Assembly (NCBI GenBank): GCA_035496295.1
Contig: DATJET010000199.1
Span: 8 to 64,007, forward strand
Reading direction: 5' to 3'
Length of the DNA: 64,000 nucleotides
Source of the DNA: Gemmatimonadaceae bacterium
Lineage (GTDB): Bacteria > Gemmatimonadota > Gemmatimonadetes > Gemmatimonadales > Gemmatimonadaceae
Shown here: in pieces, positions 28,167-38,159 of the stretch
How the letters are laid out: each line of letters begins with the position of its first letter
Numbering within the stretch: position 1 is the stretch's first letter
Made by a program: the position numbers and the translations under genes
Notes under the pieces: generated by a model
What the model saw: only the letters and a program-made list of their open reading frames with translations
What the model was told of the DNA's origin: nothing
Database searches by the model: none

Positions 28167-28718
28167 ATGCGGCGGCTGATCAACTATTTCATTCGCGGGT
28201 TGGTCGTCACGGCGCCGCTGGCGTTGACGCTGTACGTCTGCTGGGATCTGTTCCACTGGGTAGACCGCTGGCTCGGGCTGTCGATTCCCGGCGTCGGCTT
28301 CGCGATCACGGTCATCCTGATCACGTTGATTGGCGTGCTCGCATCGAGCCTGTTCACGCGCGGCGCGGTGGCGGCGGTCGATCGCGCGCTGCAACGGCTG
28401 CCGTTCGTGCGGCTCGTGTACGGATCGACGCGCGACTTTCTCAATGCGTTCGTCGGCGAGAAGCGGCGCTTCGACAAACCCGTGCTGCTCGCCGTCGCTC
28501 CCGGCGATCAGACGCACATGCTGGGATTCGTGACGGCGGAATCGGTGGAAGTCCTCGGGCTTACGGGGTACGTGGCGGTGTATCTGCCGCAGTCGTACGG
28601 ATTCTCCGGCAACCTGGTGGTGGTCCCGTCCGCGCGCGTTCGCCCGTTGGCCGCCGACAGCGCGGATGTATTGGCGTTCATCGTGTCCGGTGGTGTGTCG
28701 GGCGCGCTCAAGCGCTAG
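28167..28718 (+). CDS. DUF502 family membrane protein
   Basis: N-terminus MRRLINYFIRGLVVTAPLALTLYV, two N-terminal TM segments, and ...GFSGNLVVVP, as in DUF502. Confidence 0.7.
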   Translation: MRRLINYFIRGLVVTAPLALTLYVCWDLFHWVDRWLGLSIPGVGFAITVILITLIGVLASSLFTRGAVAAVDRALQRLPFVRLVYGSTRDFLNAFVGEKRRFDKPVLLAVAPGDQTHMLGFVTAESVEVLGLTGYVAVYLPQSYGFSGNLVVVPSARVRPLAADSADVLAFIVSGGVSGALKR

Positions 28719-28844
28719 CGCGGGACGGATGCGGCCGTGCCGCGAGCGGCCGCGCCCGATTATATTGGATGTCTATACATTAGTGCGCGCGCCGCGCCCC
28801 GGATTGGCTGGAGCGCGGCGCGTGCCGTTCACCCGAGCCTTCGC

Positions 28845-30821
28845 ATGAAAGACCACCTGGCCTCACGCGCGAGCACCACGGGCGGGTTGCCCGTTGCGCC
28901 CTCGCTGGGGCCCGCGCTCGACGCCGCGCACGTCCCGCACGAACGCGCGGAAAATCGTCGCCGCATCGTGTTCATCAGCGGACTCGCCATTCTGGTGGCG
29001 TTCGGCGCCGGATTCGTCGCCGTCATCCTGATGCGGTTGATCGGGTTGATCACCAACCTCTCGTTCTACGGCCGCGTGTCGACGACGTTCGCGTCGCCGG
29101 CGGACAATCATCTCGGATTGTGGGTCGTGCTGGTGCCGGTGATCGGCGGCGTGATCGTCGGCATCATGGCGCGCTATGGATCGGCGGCGATTCGCGGACA
29201 CGGGATTCCCGAGGCGATGGAGCAGGTGCTGTACAACGAGAGCCGGGTGCCGCCGCGCGTGACGATTCTCAAGCCGGTGTCGGCGGCGTTCGCGATCGGC
29301 ACGGGCGGCCCGTTCGGCGCCGAGGGCCCGATCATCGCGACGGGCGGCGCGTTAGGCTCGCTCGTCGGGCAGCTGGTGCGGACGACGGCCGACGAGCGGA
29401 AAGTCCTGCTGGCGGCGGGCGCCGCCGCCGGCATGGCGGCGACGTTTGGCAGTCCGGTGTCCGCCGTGCTGCTCGCCATCGAGCTCTTGTTGTTCGAGTA
29501 TCGCGCGCGGTCGCTGGTACCGGTGGCACTGGCCGCGTCGACGGCAACCGCGGTGCGTATCGCGTTCATGGGCTCGGGCCCGATTTTCCCGATGCCGAAC
29601 ATCGCGCAGCCGGGCGGCGCCGCATTGGCGACGTACATCGTGTTAGGCGCGGTCGTCGGATTGGCGTCCGTGTACGTGACACGCGCCGTGTACGCGATCG
29701 AAGATGGCTTCGACAAGCTGCCCATTCACTGGATGTGGTGGCCCGCCCTCGGCGGCCTCGCGGTGGGCGTGATCGGCTACTTCTTCCCGCACACGATGGG
29801 CGTGGGCTACGACAACATCGAGAGCATCGTCGCCGGAAATTTCGTGGGCGTCGCGTTGCTCGGCCTCGTGATCGCGAAGTTCGTGTCATGGGCCATCGCG
29901 TTAGGCAGCGGCACATCGGGCGGAACGCTCGCGCCGTTGTTCACGATCGGCGGCGGGCTGGGCTCGCTGCTGGGCGCGGCCGTGATCGCGCTCGCGCCGG
30001 CGTTGGGCGTCGACGTGCGCGTGGCGGCGCTGGTCGGCATGGCGGCGATCTTCGCCGGCGCGTCGCGCGCGATGCTGGCGTCGGTGGTGTTCGCATTCGA
30101 GACGACCCGGCAACCGTTAGGCTTGCTGCCGTTGTTGGGCGGATGCAGCGCGGCGTATCTCGTGTCGCTGCTCCTGATGCGCAGTACGATCATGACCGAG
30201 AAGCTGGCGCGTCGCGGCACCGATGTGGAGGCGGACTACGCCGTGGACTACCTGTCACAGATTCTCGTCAAGGACATCGCGTCGCCCGACGTCGTGGCGC
30301 TGGACGCGGACAACGCCGTCGAGGAAGTGCGCGATTGGATGGCGTCGCGCGACGACGAATCCCGCCATCAGGGCTTCCCCGTCGTCGACAAGGAAGGCAA
30401 CCTGTTAGGCGTGGTCGGGCGCGGCGATCTATTGGATCTCGAACTGCCGATCGACGCCACCGTGCGCGATGTGATCAAGCGGCCGCCCGTCGTGATCTTC
30501 ACGGACAACACCGTGCGCCAGGCGGCGGACCACATGGTGCGCCAGGGCGTGGGCCGCCTGCCGGTGGTGACACGCGCGGATCCGGGCCGCGTCGTTGGCA
30601 TCGTGACGCGAAGCGATCTCCTGGCGGCGCACGCGACGCGCCTCGACTCCGAGAATCGGGCGAGCCGCACCATCCGGCTGGACCTGCGGGCACTGCCGTG
30701 GCGCTTCCGCCGGGCGCCGGTGAACCTGGGCGACGAAGCGGGCACGATCACGACGGTGGAAACCGCGCCGCCGACGGTCCCACCCGAGACGGACGATGAG
30801 GAGCCGCCCCGAGAGGGATGA
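28845..30821 (+). CDS. ClC-family chloride channel/antiporter with C-terminal CBS pair
   Basis: Selectivity-filter-type motifs GGPFGAEGP and GSGTSGGTLAPLF. Two CBS domains near the C-terminus. ATG at 28845. Confidence 0.85.
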   Translation: MKDHLASRASTTGGLPVAPSLGPALDAAHVPHERAENRRRIVFISGLAILVAFGAGFVAVILMRLIGLITNLSFYGRVSTTFASPADNHLGLWVVLVPVIGGVIVGIMARYGSAAIRGHGIPEAMEQVLYNESRVPPRVTILKPVSAAFAIGTGGPFGAEGPIIATGGALGSLVGQLVRTTADERKVLLAAGAAAGMAATFGSPVSAVLLAIELLLFEYRARSLVPVALAASTATAVRIAFMGSGPIFPMPNIAQPGGAALATYIVLGAVVGLASVYVTRAVYAIEDGFDKLPIHWMWWPALGGLAVGVIGYFFPHTMGVGYDNIESIVAGNFVGVALLGLVIAKFVSWAIALGSGTSGGTLAPLFTIGGGLGSLLGAAVIALAPALGVDVRVAALVGMAAIFAGASRAMLASVVFAFETTRQPLGLLPLLGGCSAAYLVSLLLMRSTIMTEKLARRGTDVEADYAVDYLSQILVKDIASPDVVALDADNAVEEVRDWMASRDDESRHQGFPVVDKEGNLLGVVGRGDLLDLELPIDATVRDVIKRPPVVIFTDNTVRQAADHMVRQGVGRLPVVTRADPGRVVGIVTRSDLLAAHATRLDSENRASRTIRLDLRALPWRFRRAPVNLGDEAGTITTVETAPPTVPPETDDEEPPREG

Positions 30822-30844
30822 TCGTCGAGCGTTAGGCGGGCCGG

Positions 30845-31276
30845 TCAGCTCTCGAGGCTGGCGTTCAGGTCGATCGCGACGTTGCCCTTCAACGCACCGG
30901 ACACCGGACAGCCCTCCTTCGTGGCTTCCGCGATCTTGCGGAATGTCGGGGCATCGAGGTTCGCCGCCTTGGCGCGGACCGTGAGCACCATCGTCGTGAT
31001 CTTGAATCCCTCGCCGGCCTTGTCGATGGTGCACGCGGCTTTGGTCTCGATGCGCTGCGCCGGCGTGCCGTTCTTTTCCAAGCCGAGGGAGAGCGCCATG
31101 CTGTAGCAGGCGGCCTCGGCGGCGGCGAGCAATTCTTCGGGATTGGTGCCGGGCGTGGTGCCGAATCTGGTGCCGAACGAATAGGCGCCACCGATTTTTC
31201 CGCTCTGCCCTGAAAATGACCCTGTCCCAGACTGCAGGCCGCCTTCCCACACGGCCGTTGCCACACGTGTCGGCAT
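30845..31276 (-). CDS. osmC: OsmC-family peroxiredoxin
   Basis: 143 aa with NPEELLAAAEAACYSMAL and KEGCPVS, carrying the two conserved Cys residues. Confidence 0.85.
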   Translation of the reverse strand: MPTRVATAVWEGGLQSGTGSFSGQSGKIGGAYSFGTRFGTTPGTNPEELLAAAEAACYSMALSLGLEKNGTPAQRIETKAACTIDKAGEGFKITTMVLTVRAKAANLDAPTFRKIAEATKEGCPVSGALKGNVAIDLNASLES

Positions 31277-31444
31277 CGTACGCTCCTGGCTATGTTGTCG
31301 ATTCCAGACGCTGCTCGAGCGTCCGAACCAAGATCTCCCGTTGGCTGCGCTGCGGCAACGGGCGCCGACGGATGCATCGCGTGGCCGGCGGACGCGGCCG
31401 TCGAGTATGTTTCGCCGGGAGGACTACACGCGCGGCGGGAGCCG

Positions 31445-31903
31445 ATGACCGACGAGTCGAAGCCTAACGAACACGATGCGGCCGAGCTGCCGCCGTCGAT
31501 CGAGCGCGTGTTGCGGTATTTCCGCTCGCTTGGACGCGAGGAGAAGATGCAGGCGCTGGTGTCGTACGCGAAGAAGCTCGAGCCCCTGCCCGACCGGTAC
31601 ACGGCCATCGACCGCTCGAACTTCACCGTTCCGGAATGTCAGACGCGCGTGGACATCTTTCCGGAAGTCCGCGACGGCCATCTGCATTTTTTCGCCGACG
31701 TGAACGTGCGGCAGTCGCCGACCGTCGCGGCGTTCCTCGCGATACTCTTCTCGGCGGTGAACGACCAGCCGCCATCGACGACGCTCGCGATTCCTCCGGA
31801 CATCGTGCCGACGATGATGCACGACATCGGGCTGGGCGCGCGCGAGGCCGGCCTCAACGCGATGGTGGACCGCCTCAAGCGCTACGCGCGCGCCGCGGCA
31901 TGA
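31445..31903 (+). CDS. sufE: SufE-like sulfur acceptor protein
   Basis: ATG is preceded by GGGAG. Contains VPECQTRVDIF (conserved Cys) and SPTVAAFLAIL, as in the SufE/CsdE fold. Confidence 0.7.
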   Translation: MTDESKPNEHDAAELPPSIERVLRYFRSLGREEKMQALVSYAKKLEPLPDRYTAIDRSNFTVPECQTRVDIFPEVRDGHLHFFADVNVRQSPTVAAFLAILFSAVNDQPPSTTLAIPPDIVPTMMHDIGLGAREAGLNAMVDRLKRYARAAA

Positions 31904-31937
31904 GCGGCCGCACGGCGTTCCGTTAGGCGGTACACGC

Positions 31938-33014
31938 ATGCCTCAGCGGCGCGTGATGCCGTCGATGCCCGCCTCCGGCCCCGCCGGTTCGCCGGCGCCG
32001 AACACGGAAGAGGAGCTGGAGCGCCGCCTCGCCGAGCCGACGCCGGCCGTGCTCGAGGCGCTCCGCTCGCTCGCCGGCGATCTCGTCATTCTCGGCGCCG
32101 GCGGCAAGATGGGCCCGACGCTCGCGCGCATGGCGCGGCGCGCGTTCGACCTGTTAGGCAGGCGCGATCGCGTGATCGCCGTGTCGCGTTTCTCGTCGCC
32201 CGAGGCGGAAGGCGCGTTGCGCCTGTCGCACATCGAGACCGTCCGCTGCAATCTCGCGGACCACACGGCCGTCGCCGCGCTGCCCCAAGCGCCGCTGGTC
32301 GTGTTCATGGCCGGCCAGAAGTTCGGCACCACCGATGCGCCGGGCACCACGTGGATGATGAACACTGTCGTGCCCGCGTTCGTCGCGGAACGCTACGCCG
32401 GCGCGCGCATGGTCGCCTTCTCGACCGGGAACGTCTACCCGCTCACCCCAGTGGCGAGCGGCGGCGCGAGCGAATCGTGCGCGCCTGCGCCGGTGGGCGA
32501 ATACGCCGCGTCGTGCTTGGGGCGCGAGCGCGTATTGGAGTACGCGTCGCGTCGCGATGGAACGCCCATGGCCATCGTCCGGCTGAACTACGCCGTGGAG
32601 CTGCGGTACGGCGTGCTGGTGGACATCGTGAGCGCGGTACTGCGCGATGAACCGGTGGATGCGCGCATGGGGTACGTGAACGTGATCTGGCAGGGCGATG
32701 CGAATGCGCGCGCATTGCAGTGTTTCGCGCACGCCGCGTCGCCGCCGTTCGTGATCAACGTGACGGGTGGCGAGACGCTGTCGGTGCGCGACCTGGCCGC
32801 GCATGCGGGCCGTCTGTTAGGCCGCACGCCGCGCGTCGAGGGCGAGGAAGCGCCCGACGCCCTCCTCAGCGATGCACGGCGGTCGATCGAGCTATTCGGG
32901 CCGCCGGCGGTGTCCGTTGGGCAGATGATGGCGTGGATCGCGGATTGGCTGCAACGCGGCGGGCGCGTGCTCGAGAAGCCCACGCACTTCCAGGAGCGGC
33001 GAGGCGCCTTTTGA
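31938..33014 (+). CDS. NAD-dependent epimerase/dehydratase family (extended SDR) protein
   Basis: Rossmann motif LVILGAGGKMGPTLARMA. About 358 aa. Confidence 0.65.
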   Translation: MPQRRVMPSMPASGPAGSPAPNTEEELERRLAEPTPAVLEALRSLAGDLVILGAGGKMGPTLARMARRAFDLLGRRDRVIAVSRFSSPEAEGALRLSHIETVRCNLADHTAVAALPQAPLVVFMAGQKFGTTDAPGTTWMMNTVVPAFVAERYAGARMVAFSTGNVYPLTPVASGGASESCAPAPVGEYAASCLGRERVLEYASRRDGTPMAIVRLNYAVELRYGVLVDIVSAVLRDEPVDARMGYVNVIWQGDANARALQCFAHAASPPFVINVTGGETLSVRDLAAHAGRLLGRTPRVEGEEAPDALLSDARRSIELFGPPAVSVGQMMAWIADWLQRGGRVLEKPTHFQERRGAF

Positions 33015-34042
33015 GCGCGACGCCGTTCGACGTGCGCGCGCATCTCGCGGCGGGCCAGGTCATCCCGGCGCATCCCTTGGCGTTGGACGCGGCCGGCCGT
33101 CTGGACGAGCGCTACCAGCGTGCGCTGACGCGGTACTACGCGGGTGCGGGCGCCGGCGGGGTCGCGGTCGGCGTACACACCACGCAGTTCGCGATCCGCG
33201 AGCACGGGCTGCTCGAGCCGGTCCTCGCGTTAGCAGCCGAGACCCTGGCCGAGCTGGAGTCCGGCGGACGCACGCCGATGGCGCGGATTGCCGGCGTGTG
33301 CGGCCCGACGAAACAGGCCGTGGCCGAGGCCGCGCTCGCGCGCGATCGCGGCTATCACGCGGCGCTCGTCAGCTACGGCGGCTGGGGCGAGGCGAGCGAC
33401 GAGGCGCTACTCGCGCACGCCCGCGCGGTGGGCGAGGTGCTGCCCGTGTTCGGCTTTTACTTGCAGCCGGCCGTGGGCGGTCGTCCGTTAGGCTACGACT
33501 TCTGGTGCCGGTTCGCCGCGCTCGAGCAGGTCGTGGCGATCAAGATCGCGCCGTTCGACCGCTACGCGACCCTGGAGGTGGTGCGCGCCGTGGGTGATGC
33601 CGGACGCCGCGATGTTGCGCTCTACACCGGCAACGACGACAGCATCATCGCCGATCTTCTCACGGTGTTTCCTAACGGACGGCGCATGGCGGGCGGCCTC
33701 CTCGGCCAGTGGGCGGTGTGGACGCGCCGCGCCGTGGAGCTCGTGCAGGAGATCAAGACGCCCGACTCCGACGCATCCGCGTCGCGATGGTTGGCGCGCG
33801 CGGCCGCGCTCACCGACGCAAACGCGGCGATATTCGACGCGGCCAACCGGTTTGCGGGATGCATCGCGGGCATTCAAGAGGTGCTGTCCCGTCAGGGGCT
33901 GCTGGGCAGCACGCGGTGCCTCGACGCGCGCGACGTGCTGTCACGCGGACAAGCGGACGCGATCACGCGTGTGTGCGCGGCGCATCCCGAGCTGCGCGAC
34001 GACGAGTTCGTTGTGGCGCATCTGGACGACTGGCTGCGCTAG
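33011..34042 (+). CDS. Dihydrodipicolinate synthase (DapA-like/DUF993-like) family TIM-barrel protein
   Basis: TTG start overlaps the upstream TGA (TTGA). General similarity to the DHDPS/NAL family (GVAVGVHTTQF..., ...IKIAPFD). The substrate is unknown. Confidence 0.5.
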   Translation: MSATPFDVRAHLAAGQVIPAHPLALDAAGRLDERYQRALTRYYAGAGAGGVAVGVHTTQFAIREHGLLEPVLALAAETLAELESGGRTPMARIAGVCGPTKQAVAEAALARDRGYHAALVSYGGWGEASDEALLAHARAVGEVLPVFGFYLQPAVGGRPLGYDFWCRFAALEQVVAIKIAPFDRYATLEVVRAVGDAGRRDVALYTGNDDSIIADLLTVFPNGRRMAGGLLGQWAVWTRRAVELVQEIKTPDSDASASRWLARAAALTDANAAIFDAANRFAGCIAGIQEVLSRQGLLGSTRCLDARDVLSRGQADAITRVCAAHPELRDDEFVVAHLDDWLR

Positions 34043-34126
34043 CCCCGGTGCGCCCTCGCGCATCCACGTGCACGCCGGTACCTTGTCGCCCGTCCTTCGA
34101 CATCGAACCTTCCCTCGGGCCACCGC

Positions 34127-35830
34127 ATGTCAGACACCGCGTGCACTCCCGTCCGCTCACGCCGCGCGTTCATCGAATACTTCGCCTCGATCGGACTCGG
34201 CTCGACGCTCCTGCCCGGCATTCTCTGGGGACAGGCGGCACAGGGTGCGGAAATCACGAGCGAATCGGTGGCCAAGGCCGCGGAGCTCGCGGGTCTCGAG
34301 TTCGATGACGACGAGCGCGCGATGATGGTGGCCGGACTCGAGCAGCAGGAGAAGCAACTGGTGACGCTGCACGGCATCACGCTGACCAACGACGTCGTGC
34401 CGGCGGTGCATTTCAATCCCGTGCTGCCGGGCATCACGATCTCGAAGGGCGAGCATCGGATCGTCCGGTCCACCGTAGCGCCGCGCTCCCTACCGGCATC
34501 GCACGCCGAGCTCGCGTTTCTTCCGGTGACGGAGCTGTCGTCGCTGGTGCGGCGCCGCAAGGTGACGAGCGAACAATTGACGCGCGTGTCGCTCGACCGA
34601 CTGCAGGAGTTCGATCCAAAGCTGCATTGCGTGATCACGCTGACCGCCGATCGCGCGCTCGAGCACGCGCGCGCGGCGGACGAGGAGCTGCGCCGCGGCC
34701 GGTGGCGCGGGCCGTTGCACGGCATCCCTTGGGGCGCGAAGGATCTGCTCGCGGTGAAGGGCTATCCCACAACGTGGGGCAGCACGCCGTACAAGGATCA
34801 AATGCTGGACGACGACGCGACGGTGGTGCGCCGCTTGGACGCGGTCGGAGCGGTGCTGGTGGCGAAGCTTTCGTTAGGCGAACTCGCCATGGGCGATGTG
34901 TGGTTTGGCGGGAAGACGCGCAATCCGTGGAAGCCGGATCAGGGCTCCAGCGGCTCGTCCGCAGGCCCGGCATGCGCGACATCGGCGGGTCTGGTCGGTT
35001 TCTCGGTCGGCAGTGAAACGTTAGGCTCCATCTCGTCGCCCTCCACGCGGTGCGGTGCCACGGGACTGCGTCCGACTTTCGGCCGCGTGCCGCGTACGGG
35101 CGCGATGGCGCTCTCGTGGACGATGGACAAGCTGGGTCCGCTGTGCCGGAGCGTCGAGGATTGTGCGCTCGTCCTCGATGCGATTCGCGGCAGCGACGGA
35201 CACGATCCAACGGCAGTGGACGCGGCGTTCCCGTACGACGCGCGCACGACGCCGGCATCCCTGCGCATCGGCTACATCAAGAGCGCGTTCGATGCGGACC
35301 ATCCGACGAAGCAGTTTGACGACGCCGCGCTCGATGCCTTACGCGCGATCGGCGCGAAGCTCGTACCGGTGGAGCTGCCCGACCAGCCGTGGAGTGCGAT
35401 GACCCTCGTCCTGCGCGCCGAAGGCGCGGCCGCGTTCGATGAGCTCACGCGCTCGGGTCGCGACAAGCAGATGGCCCAACAGGACAAGGATGCGTGGCCC
35501 AACACCTTCCGTGTCGCGCGGTTCATCCCGGCGGTCGAGTACGTCAACGCCAACCGCGCGCGGACGCTGGCGATGCGCGCCATGGAGGCGACGTTCCGCG
35601 ACGTGGATGTCGTCGTCACGCCGACGTTCGGGGCGCAGCTCGTGGCCACGAATCTGACGGGCCACCCGGCGGTGATCGTGCCTAACGGATTCCGGGACGA
35701 TGGCACGCCGGTGTCGCTCACCTTCCTCGGCCACTTGTTCGGCGAAGCCCCGATGCTCGCACTGGCGCGCGCCTACCAGAACCACACCGGGTTCCACCTC
35801 AAGCACCCGGACTGGCTGCTGACTGCCTAA
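34127..35830 (+). CDS. Amidase-signature (GatA-like) amidase with Tat-type signal
   Basis: Signal RSRRAFIEYFASIGLG. Amidase-signature core GGSSGSSAG..GSETLGSISSPS. The TAA stop lies inside a GCCTAAC copy. Confidence 0.85.
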   Translation: MSDTACTPVRSRRAFIEYFASIGLGSTLLPGILWGQAAQGAEITSESVAKAAELAGLEFDDDERAMMVAGLEQQEKQLVTLHGITLTNDVVPAVHFNPVLPGITISKGEHRIVRSTVAPRSLPASHAELAFLPVTELSSLVRRRKVTSEQLTRVSLDRLQEFDPKLHCVITLTADRALEHARAADEELRRGRWRGPLHGIPWGAKDLLAVKGYPTTWGSTPYKDQMLDDDATVVRRLDAVGAVLVAKLSLGELAMGDVWFGGKTRNPWKPDQGSSGSSAGPACATSAGLVGFSVGSETLGSISSPSTRCGATGLRPTFGRVPRTGAMALSWTMDKLGPLCRSVEDCALVLDAIRGSDGHDPTAVDAAFPYDARTTPASLRIGYIKSAFDADHPTKQFDDAALDALRAIGAKLVPVELPDQPWSAMTLVLRAEGAAAFDELTRSGRDKQMAQQDKDAWPNTFRVARFIPAVEYVNANRARTLAMRAMEATFRDVDVVVTPTFGAQLVATNLTGHPAVIVPNGFRDDGTPVSLTFLGHLFGEAPMLALARAYQNHTGFHLKHPDWLLTA

Positions 35831-35836
35831 CCGGCG

Positions 35837-36430
35837 TCAGGCGCCGTCGCCCCGCGCCTGCAGCGCCTCGAGCACGCGCTCGATCTTGCCCTCGAGGCGA
35901 TCCATCCGCTGGGTGATCAGATCGTGCCAGCCCTCTTCGCCCGTCGGGTGCTTCACCGCGAACGTCAGCGTGCCGCCCACCTCGAGGCGCGCGCAATCCA
36001 CGGTGCGCAAATCGTCGATGCCTTGTTTGCGCGCCGCCGACACGAGCTCGGAGCGCGTGATGAGCTCCCGACGCAGGCGATTCTCGATCAGCTTGCCGTT
36101 CTTGATCAAGATCACTTCGCGGCCCTCGGCGATGCGGTCGAGTCGCGGGTGCAAGAACAGGAAGCGCACCACGGCATAGTTGAGCACGAGGAGCAGAGTC
36201 GCGCCGAACAGTCCGCCTAAGAGCGAATTGTCGTTGCCGATGATCGCGTTCTGCACCGTGTTGGACAGCACCAGCAGGACGACGAGATCGAACGGGTTCA
36301 GCTGCCCGAGCTCGCGCTTGCCGGCGAGTCGGAGACCGACGAGCAAAAAGACGTAGACCACCACGGTGCGCACGGCCTTGTCGAGCAGCGGAACACCGGG
36401 CGTTAGGATGTCGGTCCAGATGGGATGCAT
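35837..36430 (-). CDS. DUF421 (YetF-like) membrane protein
   Basis: From MHPIWTDILTPGV..., with GKRELGQLNPFDLVVLLVLSN and ILIKNGKLIENRLRRELIT, as in DUF421. Confidence 0.75.
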   Translation of the reverse strand: MHPIWTDILTPGVPLLDKAVRTVVVYVFLLVGLRLAGKRELGQLNPFDLVVLLVLSNTVQNAIIGNDNSLLGGLFGATLLLVLNYAVVRFLFLHPRLDRIAEGREVILIKNGKLIENRLRRELITRSELVSAARKQGIDDLRTVDCARLEVGGTLTFAVKHPTGEEGWHDLITQRMDRLEGKIERVLEALQARGDGA

Positions 36431-36563
36431 GGGAGGACGCGGTGGGAAGGAGTCGAGCGGGAAGCGCGTCGAGCGGGTGATGATAGTATGGCAGGCGAGG
36501 CCGCGGTGACCAGAGGCGCGCAAACCCTTCGCGCGCATCCAGTGTCGAATCAGTGAAACCACG

Positions 36564-37112
36564 ATGCGACCCGTTCGGAGCGTGCCGATGAGTACGATGG
36601 CCTTGAATCTGTGGATGCTCGACACTCGACTTTCGCGTCGGCGTACCATTCCAACGTTGCGCGTCGTCGAGCGCGCGCCCGAAACGCAACGCGAGGGCTG
36701 GCTGAGCCGTCACGGCATCGAGTCGGCGGAAATCGAACCGGATGGACGTGGCGTGGTCGAGCTGCGCAAATTCGTCGGCACTCCCGCCGCACGCGCGAGT
36801 GCGATCGCCGCGATGACCCGGGTGGCGTGCGCACAGCGTGTCGTATTGGACCTGCGTCGGCACCGCGGCGGCGACGAATCGATGGCCGCCTTACTCACGA
36901 GCTTGCTGTTCGACACCGAGTCGCTGTACGCCGACGAAGTCCAGATCTCCGGCGAGGCGTTTCCCGCGACGCGGCCCGAGGCGCGCTGCACGTGGCAACC
37001 GGTCGAGGTGTGGGTCAGCGCGGCCACGAGCGCACTTGGACTTGCCTTCGCGACGAACCTCGGTCGCCTGGGGCGGGCGACGGTCCGTCGCTGGAACGAC
37101 ATGCACGCATAA
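36564..37112 (+). pseudogene. S41 (tail-specific) peptidase-like core fragment, C-terminally truncated; possible pseudogene
   Basis: Contains VVELRKF...RVVLDLRRHRGGDESMAALLTSLLF and PVEVWVSAATSALGLAFA..LGRATV, like the S41 core. It lacks a PDZ domain and ends before the catalytic Lys region. Confidence 0.35.
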
Positions 37113-37221
37113 AGGCGGACAGGACCGGACACTGCCGGATCGCTATGGTGCTGTGGCCGGCTGTGTCCTGTCGTGCGCGCCCTTATCATTCGAGCCGACT
37201 TCGACTCGAGGTTTGTTGGGC

Positions 37222-37875
37222 ATGCACGGCGATGCGGAAACGCTCCGCGATTGGCCTCATCGGTGGCTGCCCGGTGCCGCGGGCCCGGCGTCGCCCACCG
37301 TTCTGTTGTTGCACGGCACGGGCGGCGACGAATCCGATCTCATCCCGTTAGGCACCGAGCTGGCGCCCGGGGCGTCGCTGCTGAGTGCGCGGGGACAGGT
37401 GAGCGAGCGCGGCATGCCGCGGTTCTTCCGGCGACACGCCGAAGGCGTATTCGATGAGGCCGACATCCGCGCGCGCGTACCGGTTCTCGCGGCCTTTGTC
37501 CGCTCCGCCGCCGGCACGTACGGGTTCCGACTCGAGTCCCTGTTTGCGTTAGGCTACTCGAACGGGGCGAACATGGCGGCGAGCCTGCTGCTCCTCGAGC
37601 CGGGGCTGTTGCGCGGCGCGGCCCTCCTCCGCGCCGTGATGCCGCTCGAGCCGGCCACTCTTCCCGCGCTCGCGGGAACCTCGGTCTTCATCTCGGCGGG
37701 CAAGACAGATCCGTTCTCGCCGGTGCAGCGGGCTCAGCGTCTGGCCGATGCCCTCGCGAGCGCGGGCGCCGACGTGACGCTGCGTTGGCAGCGGGCAGGA
37801 CACGAGCTCGTGCCTGGCGACCTCGAGGATACGCGCGGCTGGCTCAGCCGGCACTTGGCACCGGTCGACGCGTAA
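37222..37875 (+). CDS. Alpha/beta hydrolase, phospholipase/carboxylesterase family
   Basis: Contains LLLHGTGGDE and the nucleophile elbow GYSNGA. C-terminus is D...H. About 217 aa. Confidence 0.75.
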   Translation: MHGDAETLRDWPHRWLPGAAGPASPTVLLLHGTGGDESDLIPLGTELAPGASLLSARGQVSERGMPRFFRRHAEGVFDEADIRARVPVLAAFVRSAAGTYGFRLESLFALGYSNGANMAASLLLLEPGLLRGAALLRAVMPLEPATLPALAGTSVFISAGKTDPFSPVQRAQRLADALASAGADVTLRWQRAGHELVPGDLEDTRGWLSRHLAPVDA

Positions 37876-37933
37876 AACTCCGGTCAGGAGTTCGCGTCAC
37901 CTTCGTGCAGGGCCGCGAGGCTTCTGGCCGAGC

Positions 37934-38152
37934 TCAGAGCTCGCCGCTGTCGATCAGCCGACGCGCAAGCGCATCCACCATCTGCGGTGTGTCGTACACT
38001 CCGCTGCGTAGGCGGCGCTTGATCTCGTCGACCTGGCGGGGCGAGACCGCACGGTTAGCCGACCAATGAGTGCGGCTCTGGGCGGCAGAGCGGTCGCGAA
38101 GGCGATCGTCGCTCCTGTCGCCGGCATCGTTCCAACGCGGTGTGGTCATCAT
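37934..38152 (-). CDS. flgM: Anti-sigma-28 factor FlgM
   Basis: 72 aa. The C-terminal segment VDEIKRRLRSGVYDTPQMVDALARRLI matches the FlgM sigma28-binding region. Confidence 0.7.
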   Translation of the reverse strand: MMTTPRWNDAGDRSDDRLRDRSAAQSRTHWSANRAVSPRQVDEIKRRLRSGVYDTPQMVDALARRLIDSGEL

Positions 38153-38159
38153 GCCATGA

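Noticed and set aside
28719-28844. A possible fluoride (crcB-type) riboswitch upstream of the ClC gene.
   Set aside because: No match to the conserved fluoride-aptamer blocks. The channel has CBS domains, so it is not the ClC-F type. The only feature is an AT-rich patch (about 28758-28785), probably a promoter.
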